Assembly (NCBI RefSeq): GCF_001194135.2 | Contig: NC_069008.1 | Coordinates: 14,887,545-14,929,426 of the forward strand | Reading direction: 5' to 3' | DNA from: Octopus bimaculoides | Taxonomy: Eukaryota | Length of the DNA stretch: 41,882 bases | In this document: one piece after another, positions 10,828 to 23,203 of the stretch | How the letters are laid out: each line of letters opens with the position of its first letter | Numbering within the stretch: the stretch's first letter is position 1 | Program-made: the position numbers and the translations under genes | Notes under the pieces: generated by a model | What the model saw: the letters and a program-made list of their open reading frames with translations, nothing else | What the model was told of the DNA's origin: nothing | Database searches by the model: none

Positions 10828-13800
10828 AAACGCAACTGGAGAATTTATTTATACCCACAAGAAGGTACTACTTTTTCTGCATATTTTAGAAGATACGAAG
10901 AAATGTAAAAATTGGAATGACGAGAAGAAGGTGCAACCCCTTTTAAGAAAGTTAACCCCTGCCGAACACGAAAAATACTGTAATTATATTCTGCCGAAGA
11001 AACCAGGTGAGATTTGTTTCGATGAAACAATCAATTTGATATCGAGAATTTTCAGTGAAAGACGTTCCCTGTTCAATACTCGTTGGCAGTGTTTAAATGT
11101 ACAGACTGTCCTCATTTAACGACCGAGTTACGTTCCGATAGCCCCGTCGTTAAGCAAATTAAGCCAAAGAAAAATACGACAAATTTATTTGGAACAGACT
11201 GGATGGAACTCATTAAGTTATAGGACCTCCATAAATATTTTTTGTAAAAATGTGAATGGTTCTTCAGCCAGTACAAATAAGGCGTCGGAGGATTTCAAAA
11301 AAGAATTTTAAAAAAATTCCCGAAATCTTTTTTCTGATGAACTGGGTCATTGCACCAAAACAGAGGCGAAATTTCAAGTGAAAGAAACGCTATTCCGGTA
11401 TATAAACCAAAATGAACGGTACTTTTGTAGCGTTAAAACAAGTCAACGAAGAATTAGTTAGACTTGAAATGCTTGGCGTTATTGGAAAAATTGATTACAC
11501 AAAATGGGTGTCTCCAACAGTTTATATCAAGAAAAAAAAATCCGAGTATGCGCTGATTCATCAACGGGATTAAACGAATATTTGATGTCAGATAATTACC
11601 AGTTACCTAGTCCGGAGGAAATTTTCGGGAAGTTGAATGGAGGAAAATTTGTTTCAAAGTAGGACCTATCTAAAGCATATTTGCTGGTAAAAGTTGATGA
11701 ACAATGTTCAGAATTATTGACAATAAATACCCATAAAGGGTTGTATAAATTTAATCGACTCCCCCATGGTATACAGGTAGCACCTGGCATTTTCCAACAA
11801 GTTATGGATATTATGCTTGCAGGTTCGGATTTCGCCGTAGCTTACCTTGACGACATACTCATTAAAAGTGAATCTCAGGGTCGGCATGTTAGCATGTTAA
11901 AAAGGTCTTCGAAAGAATAAAAGATTATGAGTTTAAGCTCAACGAAAAAAAGTGAAATTTTTATGCCAAGAATAAAATATCGAGGGCAGATTAATGATAG
12001 AAATGGATACAGACTAGACACATCTAGGGCGAGTGTAATAAAATATATGCCTCCTCCGACAAACACTAAAACGCAAATTACTACCAGGCATACCGAATAG
12101 GAACGATTTAAGAGCACCTCTGAATAACTTGCTAAAAAAAAAAGACGTTAAGTGGAATTGGTCGGACAAATGCCAAGAAGCTTTTGAAAAAATTCAAAAC
12201 GTCTTAACGCCAGAATTTTCGTTATCACATTTTGACCCGAATTTAGAAACAGTAGTGGCAGCAGATGCTAGTGAAAGTGATACTGGAGATATGATTTTAC
12301 ACAAGTATGAAGATGGTAGCCTGAAAACAGGACCTCACGCTTCGCGTTCGTTATTGCCGGCTGAGAAAAGTTAGAACCAAATAGAAAGAGATTCATTAGC
12401 CTTCATATTTGCGGTAAAAAAAAAATTCCATAAATGTATACATGGAAGAAGGTTGCATCTGAGGACAGACTACCACCCATTATTGTCGATCTATGGATCA
12501 AAAAGTATATCCCCACAGCCATCAGGTTGCAGCGCTAGGGAACGATTCTACTGAATTACGACTTCAAAATGGAATATTTTCCATTGAAAAAATTGGGACA
12601 AGCAGATGGTTTGTCAAGGTTAATACCAAAATACAGTGAACCACTAGGAGACACAGTGATAGTGGTGTTAAAAGCCGAAAACGAAATAAAAATATATTGT
12701 GCCATGTTGTGCGTGAATTGCCTGTGACATTGGAGAAAATAAAAATTAAGGCAGAGACAGACGAGTTTATAAAAATGAAAAAAAAAAAGGATAGTGAGAT
12801 CAGAAGAAATAAATAAAAAATACGTCTGGCTGGACGTAATACAGTTCTGGATTTGTATTCAATATGTGATAATGTGCTTATATATGCACAGATGGTCATA
12901 ATGCCTACCTCACTACAAGGTTGAATATTAAAGGAATTCCATATTGGACATCCAGGAATTTCTAGGATGAAGTCGCTTTTGAGGACTTATGTTTACTGGC
13001 CAAAATGGATCTAGATATCGAGAAGTTGGTAAAATTCTGCAGAGGTTGTGCTGCTGCAACGAAATCAGCACCTATAAAATTTCAACTTTCGCCCAAGACC
13101 GATATTCCATCGTCCAGACTACACATAGACTTCGCAGGACCGTCAAACCGATCAGATTATCTGATAGTAGCAGATAGCTTTATTAAATGGCCAGAAATGT
13201 GTAAATGTAGAAAATCGACATCCACGGTAACAGTGGAATTTCTGCATGAACGTTTTGCTAGGTTTGGTGTCCCGGATACTATGGTCTCCTTTAACGGCAC
13301 ACAATTCACGGTGAATGAATTTAAGAATTTTTGAAAGTTGTACTCAATTGAACATATCACTACTCCTCTGTATCACCCAAGATCAAACGGGCAAGAGGTT
13401 CGTGGATACATCTAAAATAGCATTAAAGAAATCAAGAAACGAGCAAGTCGATGATGCAGCATTGACACAATTCTTGAGGTTTTATAGGATAACAGTAAAC
13501 CCAAACACTTTTTCAGGAAAGTTGCCTGCGAAGTTAATGTTTGCTCGAAAAATAAAATCAATTTCGGACAAACTGTTACCAGTAAGAAAAAACAAACAGG
13601 GAAAACACTAAAAATACGACAAAGCATTTTCATATCCGTGACAAGGTGTTTTTTTTTTAATATATAAAATTGGAAGACAAGGTTGGGAAGATGGAGTAGT
13701 AACAAAAAATAGGCAAAATGAAGCGAAAAATGAAGCGAAAAATGGGAACGCAAAAGACATTTAAACCAACTAAAGAACAGATATACGGAATAAAGAAAAG

Positions 13801-14040
13801 AGATACCCATAGAAGTGTTCTACGACACCATTGATGTGCCAACACTGCAAGAAATCTAACTTAAGCGTAGCGTCACAAGAAAGAGGAAACAAACAGGACG
13901 GTTGGAATGGTACCTAAAAGGAAGTAATATTAAACTTCCCTCGGAGGAAAATATCAAAAAGGGAGATGTGATGAAAGAAAAATAAATAAATATAAATAAT
14001 AGTATTAACTTCCGTTGGAAGTTAATTTCAAATGGGGAGA

Positions 14041-14236
14041 TGTTGTGGCGAGAGTCATTGACACCCCTGGGGGATTGGAAGAATGGACTAGCCGAACTCT
14101 TGCAAAGAGTAGCATATTGGCTGAGACGAAAGGTTGCTAGGAATCGTTGAGAAAGCGTTTTGGAATCTCGCGAAGTACATTGATTTTACCTCCACTTCGT
14201 TAAATTATATATTCAACGTTTGTCTAGGATGTAAAA
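14041..14236 (+). repeat. 3' LTR
   Basis: Starts TGTT immediately after the PPT aaatggggaga. Confidence 0.85.
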
Positions 14237-14379
14237 TTTAGTTACAGTAACGAGAAAGTATTAATAATAGAAATATATCCAATGATAATCTGGTGTGGTT
14301 TCGCCTGGGAAAGAGAATTTTTTAAAGAATTTTTCATTTTATATAAATATATTTTTCACATAATTAATTTTTATTTACA

Positions 14380-14520
14380 TTATTTACAATTGGCGGATAT
14401 TTGTCCTCATCTTGTTTGTTGTTAACACAACGTTTCGGTTGATATACCTCCCAGCCTTCATCAGGTGTCTTGGGAGAAATTTCGAACCTGGGTTCTTATT
14501 CCTAAGGTAGTTTTCGATAC
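14380..14520 (-). mobile_element. Penelope-like terminal (pLTR) remnant with hammerhead-like core
   Basis: Minus strand reads CCTGATGAAGGCTG...CAACCGAAACGTTG. The PLE assignment is inferred from this motif. Confidence 0.55.
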
Positions 14521-14974
14521 CTGCCACCCCCGATGATGGAAGAGGCAGTGAACGCGACGTTTTCTGATTGGCTGAAAATTCTGAAAATTATCAAACTCTG
14601 AACACCTGTAACATTTTTGCAAACTCATCTTTTGAATAAATAAATGAAAATAAAATTCGGTTTCAGCGGCAAAAATTACATCTATATGATATATTTATTA
14701 AAAAAGATAGTGACGAAAATCACAAAGATCCCGTTGCTATGGTGTTTGTGATGGCCACGTCCTAGTATTAGCACCTGGTGATGGTGTGATGTGTTTGTGT
14801 AGGCGGAGATATAAAAACTGAACAGGTAACGTCGCTAATGTAGAAAGTCATTAAAATCCATCAACGTGGATGAAGCAACGAAGTCATGTTCTTATTCCTG
14901 CACCGAAAACACTCAAATTTTATCTTTGATAGTGGACTTTAAAAGATATCTTTCTTCATTTCATGACAAGTAAA

Positions 14975-15370
14975 TACTCAACCATACACAAGTACTCACG
15001 TCTTACGATTAAAACTTCATGGCTCTTGAACTGGAATTACAATCTATAGCTTAACGCAGGTTCAAAATTACAAAGATATAAGTATATATAGGTACGATTA
15101 TGCAAACAGGAAAAAAAGAGCGGAAATAGGAGTATATGTATATTTTTGTTAATATTTAGCAGAAGCAAAAGTGTTACTCAATGTCCGAGAGTTTCGTGCA
15201 TTGGAACTTATCAAACTACTTATGGGTAGAAGAAGTCTTCCTTTTATATAACTGGTGAGAATTCTATTTTCTTCTGGATTATTCTGGATCGAATTTTCAA
15301 TCCACAAGAATATCACGTGGATAATTCATATTTTTCAAATAATTTGCCTGTCATGTCGTTCAATAAGGAA
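14975..15370 (-). repeat. 396-bp inverted copy of 17513-17908
   Basis: Four substitutions found by eye; both copies abut N gaps. Confidence 0.9.
15242..15319 (-). promoter_or_regulatory. Candidate TATA box and E-box upstream of a putative non-coding exon (donor GTGAGT at 14999-14994)
   Basis: TATATAAAA (minus, 15250-15242) and CACGTG (15314-15319). Motif-only evidence. Confidence 0.3.
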
Positions 15371-15470
15371 NNNNNNNNNNNNNNNNNNNNNNNNNNNNNN
15401 NNNNNNNNNNNNNNNNNNNNNNNNNNNNNNNNNNNNNNNNNNNNNNNNNNNNNNNNNNNNNNNNNNNNNN

Positions 15471-16230
15471 GACGGGTTTCAATGCCTTTCTACATAGGAA
15501 ATCTTGGGTATAGCGACGTTGCCTGTTCAGTTTCTATGACTCCACCTCCACAAACACATCGTCCCATCACCAGGTGATAATACTAAAACTATCACAAACG
15601 CCACAGCAACGACATTATCGACATCGGAACGGTTCAGTAACTACACAGCCGTATGTTCTGTATGCTTCAATAAGCACAGAGAACATTAGCGCATGACTCT
15701 ACTGAAGGACTTCTTTTCTTCATAGCAATCAAAGAATAAGTATTGAAATGTTTGGTATATTTCACTTCTGTTGAGAAATACTTGCATATTAGCAAACAAG
15801 CCTGAGCTGAGTGGTTGTTAATAACAGCGGTGGACAGTCTGTGAGTTTTGTTCATTATAGACACATCTGAGTCTGTAAGTAATTCTGATAAGAGACCATA
15901 AGACTGAGAGCAGTGGTCAGTACTAGCATTCATGAATAGTCCTGATATCAGCAGACACTACTCTGGGTAACAGAGGAAAGCATTGACAGACGCAGACGGT
16001 AAGGAGGGCAGAGGGAAGCGGTGATAAACAGTTCTGATATCAACCCTTCACATAAGGAATTAAAGTAAGTGGGTTTCTTTCTTATATCACATCGTATTTC
16101 ATGTGTGCATCTATGTGTTATGATTATGTTGTGTAAGGACTAAGACCAGCCTGTGTGGTTGTGTTTGTATTTGTTTGTGTGTGTGTGTTCAGATTATTGT
16201 GTGTGCCTTGTAAAGAGAACGAGAATTTCT
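15471..16230 (+). promoter_or_regulatory. Paralogous promoter/5'UTR-exon-like module, copy B (donor GTAAGT at 16065)
   Basis: Aligns by eye with 22085-22770, including WGATAA motifs and AAA|GTAAGTG. Confidence 0.4.
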
Positions 16231-17386
16231 GCTGTTTTCAAAACGTATATTTTTCAAGGGTCCGGCTACCATGTGGATGTCTCCCTCTTTGGCGGATCCC
16301 TACTGGTATATTTAATGGCATAAATGATGCACAAGCATCGCAATTTCAGCAGCGGTCATTCTGGAAAAAGATGTCTTTTGTGAATTGACATTTAAACCTT
16401 GGACGTCATCGTTTGATGCTTCAAATACTTTACGTGGATACGTCCATCATTAACTGATGGCTGATCGGTTAAACAGTCAAATTCGCATAAACGTACGAGG
16501 CCCGCATTTATGGGGAAAATAAAATTGCCAATAGAAAAATTATAGAGCATTGAAGGCACTTTTCATTAGACGAGGCAGATGATGATGATGATGATGATCT
16601 TCTGGACCAAAGAAGAATGTGATACTTCAAATAGCTGTGAATGGGTAAAGTCCATCGATGTTTTTCTCCATTAGTTCATTCGCTTGGCAACAACGCAGGA
16701 ATCGCAGATTAATCTTTGCTCACACCGGATAGGCAAAGGAAAGTGAAAATTTTACGATACTTTTCGATGAGACTGTAAATTTTATTGTGCAGAATGATGA
16801 CTGACTATTTCTACGGCTTGTATAAGGGAAACTTTGCATCTTATATGCATACGGAACGTTAACTTTTCGAGTCCACCCGCATAGTTTATGAAATATTTTC
16901 CTGTTAACTCCTCGTCCTGTCTTAGTAGACTTAATTCACTTTAAACCGTATAGCCAGCTTTCCGTAAATAAATCCCCCAAATCCTTGTATAACAGTAATA
17001 CCTATGATTACCATTCATATTACACATTTGTGAAACCTGTATTCTCATCCACACCCCAAAATATAAAAAAAAGGTGATCGTTCTTAGGGATAAATAAGTG
17101 TTATCCTCAAAACTACATTATTCTCTCACTGGATTAGTAAATGCGATATACCCAAATCCACGTTGCAGTATCCGGATCATCCAGTCGGATCGTTCTGACA
17201 GATAGAAACTCCTGAGCAGATAATCCGAAACACTTACTTCACTAGATCCCGGTATGTACCCAAGATAACATTGCAGCCACCCGCTAATAATAATGAGATA
17301 TACCCAGAAAAATTCTCGAGTTGCTTGAAAATATCTGCCTAGGTTTCCTTACTTCGGGCAGAGAACAGAGCAGCTTAAGGACATTA

Positions 17387-17432
<46 letters not shown>

Positions 17433-17512
17433 ACACACACACACATGCACGCATACACATACAAGGTTTCTTTCTCTTATGTTTTATTTATTTGTCTATT
17501 TATTTATGTATT

Positions 17513-17908
17513 TTCCTTATTGAACGACATGACAGGCAAATTATTTGAAAAATATGAATTATCCACGTGATATTCTTGTGGATTGAAAATTCGATCCAGA
17601 ACAATCCAGAAGAAAATAGAATTCTTACCAGTTATATAAAAGGAAGACTTCTTCTACCCATAAGTAGTTTGATAAATTCCAATGCACGAAACTCTCGGAC
17701 ATTGAGTAACACTTTTGCTTCTGCTAAATATTAACACAAATATACATATACTCCTATTTCCGCTCTTTTTTTCCTGTTTGCATAATCGTACCTATATATA
17801 CTTATATCTTTGTAATTTTGAACCTGCGTTAAGCTATAGATTGTAATTCCAGTTCAAGAGCCATGAAGTTTTAATCGTAAGACGTGAGTACTTGTGTATG
17901 GTTGAGTA
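17513..17908 (+). promoter_or_regulatory. Module C: E-box 17564, TATA 17635, donor GTGAGT 17884
   Basis: Motifs seen directly. The donor context is conserved in a diverged copy at ~19220-19560 (donor 19364). Confidence 0.35.
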
Positions 17909-18418
17909 NNNNNNNNNNNNNNNNNNNNNNNNNNNNNNNNNNNNNNNNNNNNNNNNNNNNNNNNNNNNNNNNNNNNNNNNNNNNNNNNNNNNNNNNNNNN
18001 NNNNNNNNNNNNNNNNNNNNNNNNNNNNNNNNNNNNNNNNNNNNNNNNNNNNNNNNNNNNNNNNNNNNNNNNNNNNNNNNNNNNNNNNNNNNNNNNNNNN
18101 NNNNNNNNNNNNNNNNNNNNNNNNNNNNNNNNNNNNNNNNNNNNNNNNNNNNNNNNNNNNNNNNNNNNNNNNNNNNNNNNNNNNNNNNNNNNNNNNNNNN
18201 NNNNNNNNNNNNNNNNNNNNNNNNNNNNNNNNNNNNNNNNNNNNNNNNNNNNNNNNNNNNNNNNNNNNNNNNNNNNNNNNNNNNNNNNNNNNNNNNNNNN
18301 NNNNNNNNNNNNNNNNNNNNNNNNNNNNNNNNNNNNNNGTCAAAACATTGCTATGCACACATTCATACATATATTCACACAAAGTTGAAATGCTGTTTTT
18401 ATTTTCATTTTCAGCGTT

Positions 18419-18463
<45 letters not shown>

Positions 18464-18919
18464 TCACATACCTTCCTTTTACATACACACATAGATACTC
18501 ACACAGACTTGAAACGCTCCTACTACCAATTTGCCATCACCCCTTCCTTTCTCATTCATATGACTAGGCATTCTGAAGAGTTGCGCAGTTGCATCCTGAG
18601 ATTACACATTGTAGCAGGAGACTGGTGCTATGTTTACAATAATAAAAATTGATTGTGTTCGGTGCAGAAGTATGAATATGTCATCGCTGCCTCATCCACG
18701 TTGACGCATTTCAATGCCTTTCTACATCGGAAATCTTCTGCATGGCGACGTTACCTGTTCAGCTGTATAATTATTCTGTTCGCAGTTTTATATTTCCTAT
18801 CGATGAGGGCCACTTACGTTTAGGCGAATTTGACTGGGTAACCGCTCAGGCATCAAATGATAATGGACGTATCCATGTTAAATATTTCAAGCATCAGTTG
18901 ATGTCGGATCGTTCTGTTT

Positions 18920-19185
18920 CATCCTACCAGCCATTCCGTCTTTCGAACATCTCATCACCTTACTCTTAGCCACATTTACTTTCCTCCTCTCACACACTCT
19001 TCCAAATTCTACCACCTGTCTCCTCAGCTGCTCTTCCAAATCCGTCACCAGTGTTGTTTCATCTGCCAACAACAACTGACTCACCTGCCCTTTCTCTCCA
19101 TTTTCTCCCACCATTTCTGATCCCCTACCAAAGGTTCTAGCATTCACCTCCCTCACTACACCATTCATATATAGACCAAACAGCT
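18920..19185 (-). mobile_element. RTE-clade LINE RT fragment
   Basis: MNGVVREVNAR...QLLLADETTLV...EFGRVCERRKVNVAKSKVMRC (decayed FADD region). Confidence 0.8.
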
Positions 19186-19686
19186 AAATACCAACAAAAA
19201 ATACACACACATGTACTCATAGTTTGAGTTCTATTTTCCGTTTGTATTACCGTGCCTCCATATGCTTATATCTTATATATTATCTCCGTAATTTAGAACT
19301 AGCATTGATCAAGTTATAGATTTCAATTCCAGTTCAATGGCCATGAAGTTTTAATCGTCAGATGTGAGTGTGTATGTATGTGTGTGAATCTGCCGGAGTT
19401 ACGTTTGTAATTAAGAAACACCGAAGCAAAACTGTTTGCGTGTCTATTTGTTATGAAATGAAGAACGATATCTTTTAAAGTCAACTAATAATGATAGAGG
19501 TTGACTGTGTTAGGTGCAGAACTATGAGCATGTCCTCGTTGCCTCTACCGATTACATTGGGGTTATTTTTCAAAATGCCTTAGCTCTGGCGCGCCAAATT
19601 CCGGAAACAATTCTGCAGAGAATAACTCACTGCAGTATATGATGCCGACTGGAGAACATAACTATTTAAATTATTATTTATATATA

Positions 19687-19970
19687 TAGGGTGATACATT
19701 GAATATTAGTTCAATTTAAAACCACGTGGCCTAGCATTTATTCTGTATATTTCTAATTTTGTCTTATTCTGGTGTTTTGCTAAGTTTTTATCTGGAGAAC
19801 ATTATTTTTTTTTTTTGCGGTTGGGTCATTGATGACCTCTTTCTAGCATATTGGATGTTCACCTAGTGGTCATCCCTTATACACGAGTAATACAACTTTT
19901 TCTGAATTTCCAAATTTTTATGTTAGACCACTTGGTTTTAAATTGAATTAATATTCAATTTATCACCCTA
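19687..19970. mobile_element. Tc1/mariner-type MITE
   Basis: ~50-bp imperfect TIRs (tagggtgata.attgaatatta.ttcaatttaaaacca) flanked by TA within a (TA)n tract. Confidence 0.85.
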
Positions 19971-21140
19971 TATATATATAAATATATATGTATATATATA
20001 TATANNNNNNNNNNNNNNNNNNNNNNNNNNNNNNNNNNNNNNNNNNNNNNNNNNNNNNNNNNNNNNNNNNNNNNNNNNNNNNNNNNNNNNNNNNNNNNNN
20101 NNNNNNNNNNNNNNNNNNNNNNNNNNNNNNNNNNNNNNNNNNNNNNNNNNNNNNNNNNNNNNNNNNNNNNNNNNNNNNNNNNNNNNNNNNNNNNNNNNNN
20201 NNNNNNNNNNNNNNNNNNNNNNNNNNNNNNNNNNNNNNNNNNNNNNNNNNNNNNNNNNNNNNNNNNNNNNNNNNNNNNNNNNNNNNNNNNNNNNNNNNNN
20301 NNNNNNNNNNNNNNNNNNNNNNNNNNNNNNNNNNNNNNNNNNNNNNNNNNNNNNNNNNNNNNNNNNNNNNNNNNNNNNNNNNNNNNNNNNNNNNNNNNNN
20401 NNNNNNNNNNNNNNNNNNNNNNNNNNNNNNNNNNNNNNNNNNNNNNNNNNNNNNNNNNNNNNNNNNNNNNNNNNNNNNNNNNNNNNNNNNNNNNNNNNNN
20501 NNNNNNNNNNNNNNNNNNNNNNNNNNNNNNNNNNNNNNNNNNNNNNNNNNNNNNNNNNNNNNNNNNTATATATATATGGTAAAACATTAGTTTATATACT
20601 CAAATCTAAATAAACGAATTCATAATATAAATCAAACTTACAATTTATTCAAGTTATAATTTAAAATAAATACAGGGAAGATAACTATTTTGCCATTTTT
20701 AGAAACAAAACGTAAAACGAAACCACTCGATACGGACAACGAAAAAAACATTTAAATACATACAACAAAACCAAAGTAATACAAATAAATACAAACGGAA
20801 TATCCCAAATACAAACAACGAGCCAAAACGACAAATTAAACAAGATAAACTCGCTATATCCTCGTGTATACAACATTATTCATTCTCTCACATACACATA
20901 CATATCGATATATATATAAACAAAACGAAAAACGAAACCAACTCGACACAGACATCGAAAAATTAGCTCTGTCCATCCCAAATATGAACATCGAGCCAAA
21001 CAACAAATTAAACAAGATAAACACGCTATATCTTCATGTATATCACATTATGCATTCACTCACATACATAAGCGGCTTCACTATGTGTGTTTTACTTTCG
21101 CTACTATGTCAACAGTCCGGATACTTATTGATCAGAACAC

Positions 21141-21178
<38 letters not shown>

Positions 21179-21700
21179 NNNNNNNNNNNNNNNNNNNNNN
21201 NNNNNNNNNNNNNNNNNNNNNNNNNNNNNNNNNNNNNNNNNNNNNNNNNNNNNNNNNNNNNNNNNNNNNNNNNNNNNNNNNNNNNNNNNNNNNNNNNNNN
21301 NNNNNNNNNNNNNNNNNNNNNNNNNNNNNNNNNNNNNNNNNNNNNNNNNNNNNNNNNNNNNNNNNNNNNNNNNNNNNNNNNNNNNNNNNNNNNNNNNNNN
21401 NNNNNNNNNNNNNNNNNNNNNNNNNNNNNNNNNNNNNNNNNNNNNNNNNNNNNNNNNNNNNNNNNNNNNNNNNNNNNNNNNNNNNNNNNNNNNNNNNNNN
21501 NNNNNNNNNNNNNNNNNNNNNNNNNNNNNNNNNNNNNNNNNNNNNNNNNNNNNNNNNNNNNNNNNNNNNNNNNNNNNNNNNNNNNNNNNNNNNNNNNNNN
21601 NNNNNNNNNNNNNNNNNNNNNNNNNNNNNNNNNNNNNNNNNNNNNNNNNNNNNNNNNNNNNNNNNNNNNNNNNNTATATATATATATATATATATATATA

Positions 21701-21855
21701 TACGACGGGCTTCTTTCAATTTCCGTCTACCAAATTCACTCACAAGACCTTGGTCGGCCCGAGGCTATAGTAGAAGACATGTGCCCAAATTGCCACACAG
21801 TGGGACTGAACCTGGAACCATGTGGTTGGGAAGCCGTCTTCTTACGCCACAGCCT
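21701..21855 (-). mobile_element. tRNA-derived SINE
   Basis: Closely similar to 24768-24925 (gacgggcttctttc...ggaaccatgtggttgg). Confidence 0.8.
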
Positions 21856-21869
21856 CGCCTGGCCTTTTT

Positions 21870-21917
<48 letters not shown>

Positions 21918-22084
21918 GTAATTTAGATGCATCAATATTTTCCATGATACATGTAAATGTATATACTTTGAAGCTATTCGTTTTATGTTTTGAAATCTGT
22001 AACTAAGATAGATAAAAAGAGCCGGAATCATTTTATGACAATTACCTTTAAACATATCAATTATTCATGGTTAACATCAACTGC

Positions 22085-22770
22085 GTACTTATTCAGAATT
22101 ATGTCCTTGTTGTGTCATCCACGTTAATGGATTTAAATGATTTTCTGTAATGGAAGTTTTCGGTATATCGGTTGTTCTGCTTGTATATATCCACTTCTAC
22201 AAAAGTCAGCATTACAGCATCCTATAACCAGATATTAAAAGATATTAATACGAAAACATCACCATTACAAACATCAACAACATTTCTAACACCGGAACGA
22301 CTTCAAAGCTTTATTGAAAGCCTTTTTTTCTTCGCAGATACATTGAGAAGTTTGGTGCATGTTCACTCGGGTCGAGAAATACTGGCATATTAGTAAACAA
22401 GTCTGATCCAACTAAAAGTGGACCGTCTATGTGCTTTTGTGATTTATGGACACACTTGAGTGGTGTAATTGACACTGATAAAAGAACATTGGACTAAGAG
22501 CAGTGGTCAATATTGACATTTATGAAGAGTGTTGGCATCTGCGGACACTGCTAGAGTAAAGTATTGATAGTAGAAGAGAGTAAGGAGGGCAGAGAAAAAG
22601 TTGTGACGTTAATGAACAGTCCTGGCATCAATTGCAAACATAACCAGCTAAAGTGTATGGGCGACCCTCTACCTCAGTGAAAGTAAGTGCATGTTTTCAC
22701 AATCTACTTTGTGTGTGTTTTAAGATTATGTTGTGCGTGCATTGTGAAGAGAACGAGAGGTTGCGTTGTC
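22085..22770 (+). promoter_or_regulatory. Module E: candidate promoter and non-coding first exon of the downstream secreted-protein gene (donor GTAAGT at 22683)
   Basis: Paralog of 15471-16230. Nearest conserved donor upstream of the 26077 acceptor. The linkage is inferred. Confidence 0.45.
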
Positions 22771-22789
22771 TAATACCCAGATCGAATCT

Positions 22790-23158
22790 GATCCAGCGGA
22801 GCCATGATCAAATGTGTTATGACCAAAGATGAGCAAAAGTTAAGACCAAAGGTGTTCCAGCTGTGGCCATCCCTCTTAAAAATATTCGAACGCTTTTACT
22901 ATGGTTATATTATCTTGCTCATTCTGTTGTTGCTGGTGTTCAACACCATGTCAACATTGAAAAAAAATATGATACATATCATTAAATGCGTTCTTGCTGT
23001 GACTATCCCGTCATTATTCATTTTTGCGGGCTGAGTGGACTGGAGCAACGTGAAATGAAGTGTTTTGCTCAAGAACACAACGCGTGGCCCGGTCCAGGAA
23101 TCGAAACCACAATCTTACGATCATGATGCTGACACCCTAACCACTAAGCCACGCGCCT

Positions 23159-23160
<2 letters not shown>
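22790..23160 (-). mobile_element. tRNA-derived SINE
   Basis: Minus-strand head ggaggcgcgtggcttagtggttagggtgtc, B-box ggtttcgattcc, CORE/V-like gttgtgttcttgagcaaaacac. Confidence 0.8.

Positions 23161-23203
<43 letters not shown>

Larger units (their letters stand above)
9794..14236 (+). mobile_element. Full-length decayed Ty3/Gypsy LTR retrotransposon
   Basis: Two similar LTRs. PBS-like TGGCTGCC at 9985, gag ATG at 10067, RT YLDD at 11843-11854, RNase H VAADAS, integrase HIGHPG/LHIDFAGP/YHPRSNG in PR-RT-RH-IN order. PPT at 14030-14040. Degenerate TSD tttcg/tttag. Confidence 0.92.

Noticed and set aside
16255-16390. Possible + strand exon after acceptor tttttcaAG
   Set aside because: Stops in all frames within a short distance, no donor and no recognisable homology.
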